A stretch of 64,000 bases of DNA from a bacterium (lineage in GTDB: Bacteria > UBA8248), in assembly GCA_965213625.1 (NCBI GenBank), contig CBDBZU010000004.1, positions 768,001 to 832,000 on the forward strand, given 5' to 3'. Made by a program: the position numbers and the translations under genes. This document shows, in pieces, positions 1 through 11,041 of this stretch. Numbering within the stretch: position 1 is the first letter of the stretch; each line of letters begins with the position of its first letter. The notes beneath the pieces are model-generated. The model ran no database searches and was not told the DNA's origin. It was given only the letters and a program-made list of their open reading frames with translations.

Positions 1-1
1 C

Positions 2-958
2 GGCCAGCAGACAGTCTACATTCGCAACGATGAGTGGAAGTCGGGTCCCCTGCCCGGCGTAAGGCGGGTGATCGTCCGCGAGGTGGCATCCGCCTCCACG
101 CGCCGCGCCCTTCTGCTGCGGGGAGACGCCGATGTCTCACTCGATCTCCCGCCAAAGGACACCAAGGAGCTCACGAGCAACAAGAAACTCAAAATCGCAG
201 GAGTCCCCATCGAGAACTGCATCCACGCCGTCGGGCTGAACCTGAACTTCAAGCCCTTCGCCGACGTGCGGGTCCGCCAGGCGATGGCCTACGCCATGCC
301 GTATGAGAAGATATTCAAGGCGGCGGCCTATGAGCGCGGCCTGCCTCTGTGGGGAGCGAAATCGCCCGATCCCGACGGCACGCTGTGGCCCCAGCCGTTC
401 CCCTACGACACCGACCCGGCCAAGGCGAAAACCCTGCTCAAGGAGGCCGGCTACGCGAACGGGTTCAAGGTCACGCTGTCGTTCAACCTGGGACTCGCCT
501 ACTGGACGGAGCCGACGGCGCTTCTCATCCAGGAAGGGCTCGGGAAGGTGGGGATTGAAGCGAAGCTCGACAAGATCCCCGGTTCGGGCTGGCGGACGAA
601 GGCGCTCGTCGAGAAGAAGCTGGCGATGCACCTCAAGAACTTCGGCGGCTGGCTGAATTACCCAGAGTATTATTTCTTCTGGGCCTACCAGCCCAAGCGC
701 CTGTTCAACTCGATGAACTACGACAACCCGAAGCTGAACAAGCTGGTGGACGAGACCCTGCACATGCCTGTGGGCAGCCCCGGCTACGCGGAGCGGGTCA
801 AGTCGTTCATCAAAATCGCATTTGAGGACGTTCCTCTCATCCCGCTCTGGCAGCCCTATCTGGACGTCGCCATGCAAAAGCATGTCGAAGGTTACGAATA
901 CTGGTTCCACCGTCAGCTCGACGTGAGGCCGTTCAAGAAATTGCCGAAAAAGGCCTGA
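2..958 (+). CDS. Peptide/nickel-family ABC transporter substrate-binding protein (5' truncated by window edge)
   Basis: Frame open from position 2; SBP_bac_5-like C-terminal motifs (PF.DVRVRQAMAYA, YDTDPAKAKTLLKEAG); heads a dppBCDF-like operon. Confidence 0.9.
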   Translation, partial: GQQTVYIRNDEWKSGPLPGVRRVIVREVASASTRRALLLRGDADVSLDLPPKDTKELTSNKKLKIAGVPIENCIHAVGLNLNFKPFADVRVRQAMAYAMPYEKIFKAAAYERGLPLWGAKSPDPDGTLWPQPFPYDTDPAKAKTLLKEAGYANGFKVTLSFNLGLAYWTEPTALLIQEGLGKVGIEAKLDKIPGSGWRTKALVEKKLAMHLKNFGGWLNYPEYYFFWAYQPKRLFNSMNYDNPKLNKLVDETLHMPVGSPGYAERVKSFIKIAFEDVPLIPLWQPYLDVAMQKHVEGYEYWFHRQLDVRPFKKLPKKA

Positions 959-1003
959 GCCGGATCGCAACTCAGTTGGGCGTCCTTTGAAGGGGGGGAC
1001 GAT

Positions 1004-2032
1004 GTGATGAAAGGCGATTCCCTACTCCTGATCGGCCGGCGTCTCCTCCAGGCGGCGCCGGTCGTGATGGGGATCATCGTGGTGACGTTTATCCTGACGC
1101 GGGCCTTGCCGGGCGATCCGGCGGTATTCTTCGCCGGGCCTGCCGCGGATGAAAAATCCATCGCCGAGATACGCGCCTCTCTGGGACTCGACAAGAGCTG
1201 GCCCGAACAATTCTGGGTCTACCTCCAGAATCTCGCGCGTGGGGATCTGGGCAAATCCATCAGCACGGGCCAGCCCGTCCTCGAAGAACTCGCCACACGG
1301 CTACCGGCTTCGCTCGAGCTCACGCTCATGGGCTTGTTTCTTGCCGTCGCCATCGCCATCCCCCTGGGAATACTGGCGGCCACGCGGCCCAACTCGTTCA
1401 TCGATCACCTCTGCCGTCTCGTTGTGACCATCGGGGTATCCCTGCCCACCTTCTTCACCGGGTTGTTCCTCGTCTATATCTTCTATTTTCTGCTGGGCCT
1501 CTCGCCCGCTCCCCTCGGACGATTGAGCATCATCCACATCGCTCCCGATCACGTCACGGGCTTCTACCTGATCGACAGCCTTATCGCTGGTGATCTCGAG
1601 GTCTTTCGTGCTGCGCTTTCCCAGATGATTCTCCCCGCTGCGACACTGGGGATTTTCGCCCTGGCCCCGCTCGCGCGGATGACGAGAGCCGCGATGCTGG
1701 GAGTTCTCACGAGCGACTTCGTTCGCACGGCGCGTGCGAGCGGCCTGTCACGCAAGACAATACTCTGGGTCTATGCTTTTCAAAACGCCATCCTCCCCGT
1801 CCTGACCACGCTCGGGATGGTGTTCTCATTCCTTTTGGGGGCGAATGTCCTGGTCGAGAAAGTATTCGCCTGGCCGGGCATCGGCTCGTTCGCCATCGAG
1901 GCTCTCATCGCCTCGGATTACGCCGCCGTGCAGGGCTTTGTTCTGGCCATGGCGTTGATGTACGTGCTCCTGAACCTGACAATCGACATCCTCTATACGG
2001 TGGTTGATCCGCGTATCGGGCTGGAAGGCTGA
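1004..2032 (+). CDS. Dpp/Opp ABC permease (DppB-like)
   Basis: LPGDPA, GDLGKS and DFVRTARASGLS (EAA loop) motifs; multiple TM segments. Confidence 0.92.
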   Translation: MMKGDSLLLIGRRLLQAAPVVMGIIVVTFILTRALPGDPAVFFAGPAADEKSIAEIRASLGLDKSWPEQFWVYLQNLARGDLGKSISTGQPVLEELATRLPASLELTLMGLFLAVAIAIPLGILAATRPNSFIDHLCRLVVTIGVSLPTFFTGLFLVYIFYFLLGLSPAPLGRLSIIHIAPDHVTGFYLIDSLIAGDLEVFRAALSQMILPAATLGIFALAPLARMTRAAMLGVLTSDFVRTARASGLSRKTILWVYAFQNAILPVLTTLGMVFSFLLGANVLVEKVFAWPGIGSFAIEALIASDYAAVQGFVLAMALMYVLLNLTIDILYTVVDPRIGLEG

Positions 2033-2034
2033 TC

Positions 2035-2880
2035 GTGAACGCACATTTCCGGCACCTGCGATACGTGATGGGGGAGAACCCCGTCACGTTTTTCTCGTTC
2101 ATCCTTTTCTTCCTGCTGATGGCTCTCGGTTTGTTCGGTCCCTGGATCGCACCCTACGACCCCCTCGCCAGCGACACGGCGAACGCTCTCAAGCCGCCCA
2201 CGTGGGCGCATCCGTTCGGCACCGACAATCTGGGGCGGGACGTTTTCAGCCGCGTGATTACGGCCACGCGGCTCGACCTGGCGATATCGGTGGCGGCCGT
2301 TTCGCTCTCCTTCGTCGCGGGAAGCGTCGCCGGGGTCTGTGCGGGCTACTTCGGGGGAATGACGGACAAACTCATCAGCCGCCTCACCGACACCATCATG
2401 GCGTTTCCCCTTTTCGTGCTGGCCATGGGCATCGTATCGGCTCTGGGAAATACGATTGAGAACATCGTCTATACCACGGCCGTCATCAACTTCCCCTTCT
2501 ACGCGCGCGTGGCGCGGGCGGAGGCGAATTCACGCCGCGAGGCGGGTTTCGTGGAGGCGGCGCGCCTTTCAGGAAACGGGCACGGGCGGATTCTGCTCTT
2601 CCACATGGGGCCCAACATCATGCCGCCGATGATGGTTCAGATATCACTCAACATGGGCTACGCCATACTGAACGCGGCGGGACTCTCCTTCATCGGACTC
2701 GGCGTCCGGCCCCCGACCCCCGAGTGGGGCATCATGGTGGCCGAGGGAGCCAAGTTCATCGTCTCGGGTGAGTGGTGGCTGGCTATTTTCCCCGGAGCCG
2801 CCCTGATGCTCGCCGTGCTTTGCTTCAACTTGCTGGGCGACGGCCTCCGCGATCTGATCGACCCGAGAATGAGGACGTGA
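2035..2880 (+). CDS. Dpp/Opp ABC permease (DppC-like)
   Basis: HPFGTDNLGRDVFSR, FVEAARLSG, LSFIGLGVRPPTPEWG motifs. Confidence 0.92.
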   Translation: MNAHFRHLRYVMGENPVTFFSFILFFLLMALGLFGPWIAPYDPLASDTANALKPPTWAHPFGTDNLGRDVFSRVITATRLDLAISVAAVSLSFVAGSVAGVCAGYFGGMTDKLISRLTDTIMAFPLFVLAMGIVSALGNTIENIVYTTAVINFPFYARVARAEANSRREAGFVEAARLSGNGHGRILLFHMGPNIMPPMMVQISLNMGYAILNAAGLSFIGLGVRPPTPEWGIMVAEGAKFIVSGEWWLAIFPGAALMLAVLCFNLLGDGLRDLIDPRMRT

Positions 2881-3851
2881 TGGAATCCCGGAATCCTCTC
2901 CTGGTCGTCGAAAATCTCTCTCTCGAATTCCGAACCCGCACCGGCGTCGTCAAGGCGCTCGAAAACGTCAGCTTCGAGATCGAAAAGGGACAGACGGTCG
3001 GCGTCGTCGGCGAGAGCGGTTCGGGAAAGTCCGTGATGTCATACGCCATCATGGGAATCTCGGATCCGGCGGCGAGAGTCACTTCGGGCCGGATTGTTTT
3101 CGGGGGCATTTCTCTGTTCGAGAAGTCCCGGCAAGAGCTGCAGGAAATGCGCGGACGTGAGCTCTCCATGATCTTCCAGAGCCCGAGAACGGCGCTGAAC
3201 CCCATCCGGACCATCGGCAGACAACTCGAGGACGTCATCTATCGACACAGCAGTTTCCGCGGCCGGCAGATTCGCGAGCGCGCGCTCGATCTGCTCAACA
3301 AGGTTCGCATCCCGGACCCTGAGAAGCGCTACCGCGCCTACCCGTTCGAACTCTCCGGCGGCATGTGCCAGCGCGTGATGATAGCGATCGCCATCTCCTC
3401 CAACCCCTGGCTCCTGATAGCGGACGAACCCGTGACGGGTCTGGACGTCACGACACAGGCGGTGATCATGGACCTCATCCAGGACGCGTCGCGAGAGAGA
3501 AACATGGGAACGATCCTCATCACGCACGACCTCGGCCTCGCCGCGGAATACTGTGACAAGATAATCGTCATGCACTCGGGGCACGTCGTCGAAGTGGCCG
3601 ATACCGAACGCTTGTTCATGGGTCCGCGGCATCCCTACACGGCGAAACTCATCGGAGCCACGCCGAATGCGAGCAGAGACCTCGCCGATCTTTCTTCGAT
3701 TCCCGGCAACCTGCCGGACCTGCGTGCGGAACTCCCGGCTTGCCGTTACAGCGAGCGGTGCGAACGCTTCGCACAGGATTGCCTGGAGTCCCCGCTTCCA
3801 CGTATGGAGACGGGAGCCGGCCATCTCGTCGCCTGCCGGTATCCTCTCTGA
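2880..3851 (+). CDS. Dpp/Opp ABC ATP-binding protein (DppD-like)
   Basis: Walker A GESGSGKS, LSGGMCQR, oligopeptide HPYT C-terminal domain; ATG overlaps upstream TGA. Confidence 0.92.
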   Translation: MESRNPLLVVENLSLEFRTRTGVVKALENVSFEIEKGQTVGVVGESGSGKSVMSYAIMGISDPAARVTSGRIVFGGISLFEKSRQELQEMRGRELSMIFQSPRTALNPIRTIGRQLEDVIYRHSSFRGRQIRERALDLLNKVRIPDPEKRYRAYPFELSGGMCQRVMIAIAISSNPWLLIADEPVTGLDVTTQAVIMDLIQDASRERNMGTILITHDLGLAAEYCDKIIVMHSGHVVEVADTERLFMGPRHPYTAKLIGATPNASRDLADLSSIPGNLPDLRAELPACRYSERCERFAQDCLESPLPRMETGAGHLVACRYPL

Positions 3852-4909
3852 TGGCTCTGCTCCAAATCGTCGACCTCATGAAGAAGTTCCCGATCCGTCG
3901 GAGCGGAGCGATGGGAAGGGTCTGGAATTCGCTGCGGGGCAGGGGGGGCGAAGAACGAGACGAAGCGGGCTATCTCCACGCCGTGGACGGCGTGAGCTTC
4001 TCGATAGAAGCGGGGGAGAGCATCGGCCTCGTCGGCGAGTCCGGCTGCGGGAAGTCCACCCTTGCCCGCTTGATCGCCCGTTTGCAGGACCCGACATCGG
4101 GCGCTATCGCCTTTGAGGGCAGGAACATCGGGGGGATTCCGGCGAACCGATTCATACAGGGCGAGATGCGCCGGAAAATCCAGATGGTGTTCCAGGACCC
4201 CACGGAAAGCCTGAATCCGGGGTTCACTACTTTTCGGGTGATTGCCGACCCGCTCTTGCGACTGGGCGGGATGCGGAGCGACCCCGGGTTGAGAAAGCGC
4301 GTGGAGGAACTCTGCGAGCTGGTGGGTCTCGCGCCGGAGTTCCTGGACCGGTATCCGCATCAACTCTCCGGCGGCCAGAAGGCGCGGGTCGGAATCGCGC
4401 GCGCGATAGCGCTTGAACCATCACTACTCATTCTGGACGAGCCCACCTCCGCCCTGGACGTTTCGGTTCAGGCGGTCATCCTGCATCTCCTGGAAGATCT
4501 GAAAAACCGCCTCGGGATGAGCTATCTGTTCGTCTCCCATGACCTGAACGTCGTCCGGCTGCTCTGCCAGCGGGTTCTGGTTATGTACCTCGGCAAAATT
4601 GTGGAGACGGGGCCCACCGGGGAAATATTGCGGCAACCGCGCCATCCCTACACGCAGGCGCTCCTCTCCGCCATACCCGCCATCAACACGACCGAGCGCA
4701 CCGACCGGGTGCGATTGACCGGCGAGCCGATGAGCCCCATCGATCCCTCCCCCCACCTCTGCCGGTTTTACAGCCGCTGTCCTCATAGAGAGGCCAGGTG
4801 CCAGGAAGAAATGCCGATGCTGACGCCTCACCCCGGCGGAATCGAAACCGCCTGCCACTTTCCATTGGAGGAGAGAGAAAACAACGAGACGCGAATGGCG
4901 GTTTCCTGA
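3851..4909 (+). CDS. Dpp/Opp ABC ATP-binding protein (DppF-like)
   Basis: GESGCGKS, LSGGQKAR, HPYTQALL; ATG overlaps upstream TGA. Confidence 0.92.
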   Translation: MALLQIVDLMKKFPIRRSGAMGRVWNSLRGRGGEERDEAGYLHAVDGVSFSIEAGESIGLVGESGCGKSTLARLIARLQDPTSGAIAFEGRNIGGIPANRFIQGEMRRKIQMVFQDPTESLNPGFTTFRVIADPLLRLGGMRSDPGLRKRVEELCELVGLAPEFLDRYPHQLSGGQKARVGIARAIALEPSLLILDEPTSALDVSVQAVILHLLEDLKNRLGMSYLFVSHDLNVVRLLCQRVLVMYLGKIVETGPTGEILRQPRHPYTQALLSAIPAINTTERTDRVRLTGEPMSPIDPSPHLCRFYSRCPHREARCQEEMPMLTPHPGGIETACHFPLEERENNETRMAVS

Positions 4910-5061
4910 GCGGAGCACAAAGCCGCGATTGACATACAGAGATTCTCCTCCGGTGTTTATTCCTCCCGCGTTGGTCGGCAAGCCGCAATCGCCCCGCGGC
5001 CGCTACCAGCGCTTTCTCCCCGGTCGCCATTCATTCACAAGGAGTAGCGACGCCGGATTGC

Positions 5062-5457
5062 GCATTTCCCCGCATTTGCCGTTATCGGGATTTCTTCTGG
5101 ATGGGGGAGAATTTCGCGCGGGCGAAGGAGTGTTCCCGGCGAGGAGAGGAGGGGAGAAAATGGACAAGGCGATATGGGTTGGGGAACAAACTGCAATCCC
5201 TCCTTCCTCAGTCGCGATTGACCTCGCTCGGAAAAGCGCAAACGCTCCCTCATTTCTCGCGTTAAGGGCGCAGTCTTTCCCTCCTCAGGGTGGGGTGGCC
5301 CCGGTAAGGGGTCGCCACCTGACCTCTTCGGGCGAAATCGACCCTCGATCCTCGTTCGCGGCAAACGCTCGCTCGGGGCAGCCCGGAATTACCGAAAAAT
5401 TAGATAAATTTAGATAAATTCACGGGGTTTTTCGATAAATTCCCGAAAATTTAATAT
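5062..5457. repeat. Dispersed intergenic element with phased GATAAAT core (copy A)
   Basis: Shares GCATTTCCCCGCATTTGCCG, CGGCAAACGCTCGCTC and a ~70 bp AT-rich block with 15489-15959; the last two are in inverted orientation. Confidence 0.7.
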
Positions 5458-5507
5458 GAGCGTAAAGTGTTGATAATGTATAGGATATATCGGATGTTCC
5501 CCTTCGA

Positions 5508-5536
5508 TTGACACCCCGGATCCCCCTATTTAGTAT
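5508..5536 (+). promoter_or_regulatory. sigma70-type promoter for cytochrome c'
   Basis: TTGACA-17 nt-TAGTAT upstream of GAGGAG RBS and ATG 5583. Confidence 0.65.
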
Positions 5537-5582
5537 GAGGCATTCTTGGGAAGAGGCGTCCGGCCATCAACGAGGAGTGGAT

Positions 5583-6056
5583 ATGCGAATCGGTAAATGG
5601 GTGTGCGCGCTGGGTTGTGTGGTCTTGATGACGGTGGTGGTTCCCTCTTTCTCCGCAGACCAGGATGAGCAGACGCTGCGCGGCGTGCAAAGGGTGCGCG
5701 TACGTACGATGAAGAGCATCAGCCGCGCGATGCGCCGCATCAAGGTGTATACGAAGAAGGCGAACTACAAGCGCGTCGCAAGCGCGGCGGAGGAAATTGC
5801 GCTGCTCTCGGCGGCGATTCCATTCCTGAGCCCCAAGGGCAGCGCTTTCGGCAAGACGCGAATCAAGGCCGAGGTGTGGAGCCACTTTGATGATTACGAG
5901 AAAATCGCAAAAGATTCGGCGCAAATCGCCAGAGACGTCGCGAAAGCGGCGAGGGCCAATAATAAGGATGCCGTGCTGAAAGCGTTCAGCGCCCTGTCTG
6001 ACAGCTGTACGCAGTGCCACAAGCCTTACCGCAAGAAAAAGATAAGAAGAAGATAA
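5583..6056 (+). CDS. Class II cytochrome c (cytochrome c'-like), exported
   Basis: Signal peptide, helical body, C-terminal CTQCH heme motif, W..F motif typical of cyt c'. Confidence 0.85.
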   Translation: MRIGKWVCALGCVVLMTVVVPSFSADQDEQTLRGVQRVRVRTMKSISRAMRRIKVYTKKANYKRVASAAEEIALLSAAIPFLSPKGSAFGKTRIKAEVWSHFDDYEKIAKDSAQIARDVAKAARANNKDAVLKAFSALSDSCTQCHKPYRKKKIRRR

Positions 6057-6090
6057 ATCACAGTCGTCCATACACATTCGAGGGCGCGCA

Positions 6091-6975
6091 TTGACGACCC
6101 GGCCCACCATTTCCGGGCCTGACCCGGATACGAAACCGCCGAAATTCAGAGCTCCGGCAGGAGCGGCGGATTGTCATTTCCATATTTTCGGCCCAGAGGC
6201 GGATTACCCCTACGCCGAACCCAGGCGCTACACGCCCGTTCAGGTGCTGGAGAGCGACTACCGGAAGATGGCCGACGTTTTGGGCCTCGAGCGGGGCGTC
6301 GTGGTGCAGGCGAGCCCTTACGGCGCGGACAACGCGAGAGTGCTCGAGGCGATTCGCGTCCTGGGGCCGGGCTATGTCGGCGTGGGCGTGGTGGATGCGG
6401 GTGTGTCGGAGGAGCGGCTCGATGAGTTGACCCGGCTCGACATCCGGGGAACCCGAATCAACATGGCTTCGGGAGGCAGAAGCGGTATCGAGCGGATGGA
6501 GGAGTTGGCTACAAAGATAAAGGATTTTGGCTGGCACATGCAGTTTCATGTTCATGCCGACCAGTTGTCCGTTTATGAAGAGAAGATACGGAAATTACCG
6601 GTCGACGCGGTGTTCGATCATATGGGTCTTATCCCCGCGGACTTGCCTCTGGCGCACCCTGATTTCCAGATGCTGTTGCGTTTGCTCGAAAGCGGAAACG
6701 TATGGGTGAAACTGAGCGGCGCCGAACGCATTGCCAAGCGCGGCTCTCCTTACCACGACGCCATCCCCGTGGCGCGCGCCTTGATCGACGCCGCACCAGA
6801 GCGAGTTGTATGGGGTACCGATTGGCCGCACACGAACGTGAAGCCCACGATTCCCAACGATGGTGAATTGATGGATCTTCTCGCAGAATTCGCACCTGAA
6901 GTCAGCGTGCGACGAAAAATACTGGTGGAAAATCCTTGCGCCCTGTACGGGTTCGAAGAGAAGAAATTTCGTTGA
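6091..6975 (+). CDS. Amidohydrolase_2 family (LigI/2-pyrone-4,6-dicarboxylate lactonase-like)
   Basis: DCHFHIFG, VQASPYGADN, DHMG, WGTDWPH motifs. Confidence 0.85.
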   Translation: MTTRPTISGPDPDTKPPKFRAPAGAADCHFHIFGPEADYPYAEPRRYTPVQVLESDYRKMADVLGLERGVVVQASPYGADNARVLEAIRVLGPGYVGVGVVDAGVSEERLDELTRLDIRGTRINMASGGRSGIERMEELATKIKDFGWHMQFHVHADQLSVYEEKIRKLPVDAVFDHMGLIPADLPLAHPDFQMLLRLLESGNVWVKLSGAERIAKRGSPYHDAIPVARALIDAAPERVVWGTDWPHTNVKPTIPNDGELMDLLAEFAPEVSVRRKILVENPCALYGFEEKKFR

Positions 6976-6994
6976 ATCGAAATGACCTTGAGGG

Positions 6995-8446
6995 TCAGCC
7001 CCCTAATTTTTCTCTGAGTATTGCCTGTAAAGCCTTTGGATTGGCCTTCCCCTCCGTCGCCTTCATCACCTGGCCGACGAAAAAGCCCATGAGCTTGGTT
7101 CTTCCGCCTAGGTAGGCTTCGACTTCGTCTGGATTTGATGTGAGCACTTCTTCCACAACGCTCTCGATCGCGCTCGTGTCCGTGATTTGTTTCAAGCCCT
7201 TTTCTTCCACGATTATCCCGGGGTCTTTGCCGCTCTCCGCCATCGAATCGAACACTGTCTTTGCGATTTTCCCGCTGATAGTGCCATCGTTGATAAGCAA
7301 GACCATTTTGGCCAGCCGCTCAGGAGAGATTGGACATTCCTTGATGTTGATCTTTCGCTCGTTCAACAAGCGCAATATGTCGCCCATGACCCAGTTGCTT
7401 GCCGCTTTGGCTTGATTCTTGCCAGTAGCCGCGACTACTTGGTCGAAATAGGCTGCCAATTCTTTTTCCGCCGTGAGAACTTCCGCATCGTATCGGGGGA
7501 GGCCGTACTCGTCTTGAAAGCGTTTGCTTTTTGCATCGGGAAGCTCCGGTAGTTGCGCACGGACTTCATCGAGCCATTTCGTATCTAGGGTGAGCGGCAC
7601 CAAATCGGGATCAGGGAAATAGCGATAATCATGAGCGTATTCCTTCGATCGCATTCCCCGAGTTACGCCGGCGTTTTCATCCCAAAGTCTGGTCTCCTGA
7701 TGTATGACGCCGCTGGAATCCAGGACTTCTCTCTGGCGCTTTTCTTCGTACTCGAGTGCTCGTCTTAAATTTCGAAAAGAATTCATGTTCTTGATTTCAA
7801 CCTTCTCGCCGAGTTTCTCCGAGCCTTGCGGCCTGAGGGAAATATTGGCGTCGCACCGCAGGCTGCCTTCCTGCATGTTACCGTCGGATATACCTAGATA
7901 ACGCACCAAGGTACGGAGCTTTCTCATATAGGATTCGGCGTCATCTGGATTTCTGAGTTCTGGCTCTGAGACGATTTCGAGCAACGGCACGCCGGCACGG
8001 TTAAGATCCGAGTATGAATGATTCGGGTCTCCCAGTTCGTCTCCATGAATCAACTTGCCGGCATCTTCTTCCATATGGATTCTCGTGAGGTTTATGTTCA
8101 CATCCCGTCCGTCCTTGGTTACGAAATGAACATGTCCCCCAGTCCAAATTGGCTCTTCGTATTGACTGATTTGATATCCTTTCGGGAGATCTGGATAGAA
8201 ATAATGTTTTCGGGCGAAGCGGCAGGTCGGTGCAATCTCCGCCCCTACGGCCAATCCAAGCCTCAGGGTGTATTCTATGACTTGTCGGTTCAAAACCGGC
8301 AGCACGCCGGGCAGCCCAAGGTCTACCGTGCAAGTGTGTTCATTCGGGTCACCACCAAATGCTGCGCTTGAGCCACAAAATATTTTACTTTTTGTATTTA
8401 ACTGGGCATGTACTTCAAGGCCGATTACCGTTTCGTATGCCATCAT
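6995..8446 (-). CDS. gatB: Asp/Glu-tRNA amidotransferase subunit B
   Basis: YETVIGLEVHAQL, YFYPDLPKGYQISQ, GSLRCDANIS, DYRYFPDPDL, GFFVGQVMK. Confidence 0.97.
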   Translation of the reverse strand: MMAYETVIGLEVHAQLNTKSKIFCGSSAAFGGDPNEHTCTVDLGLPGVLPVLNRQVIEYTLRLGLAVGAEIAPTCRFARKHYFYPDLPKGYQISQYEEPIWTGGHVHFVTKDGRDVNINLTRIHMEEDAGKLIHGDELGDPNHSYSDLNRAGVPLLEIVSEPELRNPDDAESYMRKLRTLVRYLGISDGNMQEGSLRCDANISLRPQGSEKLGEKVEIKNMNSFRNLRRALEYEEKRQREVLDSSGVIHQETRLWDENAGVTRGMRSKEYAHDYRYFPDPDLVPLTLDTKWLDEVRAQLPELPDAKSKRFQDEYGLPRYDAEVLTAEKELAAYFDQVVAATGKNQAKAASNWVMGDILRLLNERKINIKECPISPERLAKMVLLINDGTISGKIAKTVFDSMAESGKDPGIIVEEKGLKQITDTSAIESVVEEVLTSNPDEVEAYLGGRTKLMGFFVGQVMKATEGKANPKALQAILREKLGG

Positions 8447-8467
8447 CTCCCTCAATCAAAATACGGA

Positions 8468-9940
8468 TCACAATGGTGGGAGTGCTTTGTGATGCGAAGT
8501 TGCTCTTTCGAATGCCGTTGCTGCTTGAAGAATGGTTTTTTCAGCAAATGGTTTTCCTACCAATTGAAGCCCTATGGGCAGCCCTCTTGAAGTGAATCCG
8601 CATGGTTGGCTGATTCCGGGAAGACCGGCCAAATTGCAAGGTATGGTTAAAATATCAGAGAGATACATGCTTATGGGATCATCGAGGCGTTCACCAATCT
8701 CAAAAGCGGGCGTCGGAGCCGTGGCCGATAAGACCACATCGATCTTATCAAATGCGGTCTTAAAATCCTGGCAAATCAGCGTACGGACCCTTTGCGCTTT
8801 TGTATAGAAGGCGTCGTAATATCCGGAAGACAATGCATAAGTACCCAGCATAATTCGGCGTTTCACTTCATCGCCAAAACCGTTTTCTCTGCTGGTTGCG
8901 TACATGCCGGATAAAGCACCGAATTCGGAATCCCCTTCTTTACGCACGCCGAAGCGGACGCCGTCGTAGCGAGCAAGATTGCTGCTCGCCTCAGCGGGGG
9001 CGAGGATATAATAGACAGGCAAGGCATATTCGGTATGTGGGAGAGAAATTTCGATAATTTCCGCTCCTTGTTCCTCGAAGACTACAATCGCTTCTTGAAT
9101 CGCCGCCTCGACCTCAGAGTCCATCCCCTCGATGAAGTATTCTTTCGGAATACCAACCTTCAGACCGTGAACTCCGGCTTCGAGTCCTTCAGAGTAATCA
9201 GGAACCGGTTCATTGGCCGAAGTTGAGTCATGAGGGTCGTGACCGCTAACGGCACTCAATAATATGGCTGCATCTCTAATATTATTTGCAAATGGACCTA
9301 CTTGGTCCAGAGAACTGGCGAAGGCGATGAGTCCATAACGAGAAATGCGCCCGTAAGTGGGCTTCATGCCTACGACACCGCAGCATGCCGCTGGCTGGCG
9401 TATGGAGCCTCCGGTATCAGATCCGAGGGAAACGACGCAGGAGCGTGCTGCGACAGCGGCGGCGGACCCACCGCTGCTGCCTCCAGGGATGGTTTTCAGG
9501 TCCCATGGATTGTGGGTCGGCCCGAACGCACTTTGCTCGCACGATGAGCCCATGGCGAATTCGTCCATGTTCAACTTGCCGAGTATGACCGCGCCTGCAT
9601 CCTTCAGCCGAGCGACGGCGGAGGCGTCATACGGGGCTTTAAAATTTCCCAGAAACCGAGAAGCGCAAGTGGTCTTAGTCCCTTTCATGCATAAAAGGTC
9701 TTTTATTGCTACGGGGACTCCAAGAAGAAGAGAATCATGCTCTCCTGTTCTTATTTTTTGGTCGGCGACGCGGGCGGCGCTAATGGCGTCATTTCCAAGA
9801 ACACTCAAATAGGCATGCACGCTATCTTCGGTTTCGTCGATGCGTTCAAGATATGCCTTGGTCAGTTCCTCGGCGCTGAATTCTTTGGCTCTTAAGTTTT
9901 CTGCGATTTCAGTGACGCTGAGAGAAAGCAGTTCGTTCAT
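8468..9940 (-). CDS. gatA: Asp/Glu-tRNA amidotransferase subunit A
   Basis: Amidase signature [46 protein letters not shown]; AGGAG RBS. Confidence 0.97.
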   Translation of the reverse strand: MNELLSLSVTEIAENLRAKEFSAEELTKAYLERIDETEDSVHAYLSVLGNDAISAARVADQKIRTGEHDSLLLGVPVAIKDLLCMKGTKTTCASRFLGNFKAPYDASAVARLKDAGAVILGKLNMDEFAMGSSCEQSAFGPTHNPWDLKTIPGGSSGGSAAAVAARSCVVSLGSDTGGSIRQPAACCGVVGMKPTYGRISRYGLIAFASSLDQVGPFANNIRDAAILLSAVSGHDPHDSTSANEPVPDYSEGLEAGVHGLKVGIPKEYFIEGMDSEVEAAIQEAIVVFEEQGAEIIEISLPHTEYALPVYYILAPAEASSNLARYDGVRFGVRKEGDSEFGALSGMYATSRENGFGDEVKRRIMLGTYALSSGYYDAFYTKAQRVRTLICQDFKTAFDKIDVVLSATAPTPAFEIGERLDDPISMYLSDILTIPCNLAGLPGISQPCGFTSRGLPIGLQLVGKPFAEKTILQAATAFERATSHHKALPPL

Positions 9941-10128
9941 TAGCACTCCTTATCGATGTGCCCATCAGTCCGTGTTGATTGAGAGAAAACACCAACAGCG
10001 GACGGCTCGTCAAACGCGAATCACCAGAAATTTCAACGGTGCATCGAAATACTGCCGTCCTTGATGAAGAAAGCCCGATGTTCGATATGACTCATTGTCC
10101 ATTGAGGCCTATGATTTTCATTTTTTCT

Positions 10129-10881
10129 TCATGGGCGCCGAAGTAAAAAAGTGGCGTAACCGAGAAGCTGTTTTCCGCCGCCGTTGTGGTAGATTTCGAG
10201 ATCCTGTTGCCATCTATCAAGCGTATTCTGGGCTTCACGTGAGTCTGCATATTCAAGCCGATTCTCCAGGATGGAACGTGCTTGCGGGGCAAGAAAGGAT
10301 TCCCAGGCGTTTTCCGTTTCATGTTCAACAAATTCGACGCCATATCCCTTCTCCGTGAGGTGAGCCCAAAATTCTTCTACGTCAATAGGCTCACAGGGAA
10401 GGTAGGCATCTAGCCAATTTATCAATCCCTCGGAGAGGATATTTTCATCTTCTGATTTCCAGACCAGGTCAGAATAAACTATCCACCCCCCGGGTTTCAC
10501 TATCCGAGTTAATCTTTTTATTTTGCTTGTTGATCTCGAGGGATGAGCCGGTCCGCACAAAAGCGCCAGATCGAAATAATCATCATCAAATGGAAAGTCA
10601 TCGTTCGCGTGCGTCAGCAAATCTATGAGATGGGACAAATCTTCGAATAAAATTCGCCGCCTTCCATCTTCCACGAACTCGGGCCGATCATCTAGACCGA
10701 TTGCCGAACATCCAAACATTTGTGCGAGCGAAATGACACATCCTCCCTTCCCGCACGATGCGTCGAAAACCAGATAATCTGCCGACAATCCGGTATGCTC
10801 ACCAATCTTTTTAAGAGTGTCCACCGAGATGGGAACGAGGAATTGATTGTGTTTGAAACGCTCAAACAAGTCAGGTTGCAT
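10129..10881 (-). CDS. Class I SAM-dependent methyltransferase
   Basis: VFDASCGKG motif I, FPFDDDYFDL, RIVKPGGWIV. Confidence 0.8.
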   Translation of the reverse strand: MQPDLFERFKHNQFLVPISVDTLKKIGEHTGLSADYLVFDASCGKGGCVISLAQMFGCSAIGLDDRPEFVEDGRRRILFEDLSHLIDLLTHANDDFPFDDDYFDLALLCGPAHPSRSTSKIKRLTRIVKPGGWIVYSDLVWKSEDENILSEGLINWLDAYLPCEPIDVEEFWAHLTEKGYGVEFVEHETENAWESFLAPQARSILENRLEYADSREAQNTLDRWQQDLEIYHNGGGKQLLGYATFLLRRP

Positions 10882-11041
10882 GAATCGGGCTTGAAAGAAG
10901 TCTTAAAAAATCGATAGGCCGATTAAATCAAGCATCAAAATTATCGTGCTCAAGCCCAAAATTCCACCAATGACGAGGGCAAACAATCCGAAAAGTTTTC
11001 CGTACACCATGACTGCTTTCTCCCAACTAGTAGAACGATGG

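Noticed and set aside
4929-5417. 162-aa ORF after dppF
   Set aside because: Runs through repeat-derived intergenic sequence; no RBS or recognisable motif
9941-10128. Hidden gatC upstream of gatA
   Set aside because: Too short for a ~95-aa gene and no GatC-like sequence seen on the minus strand
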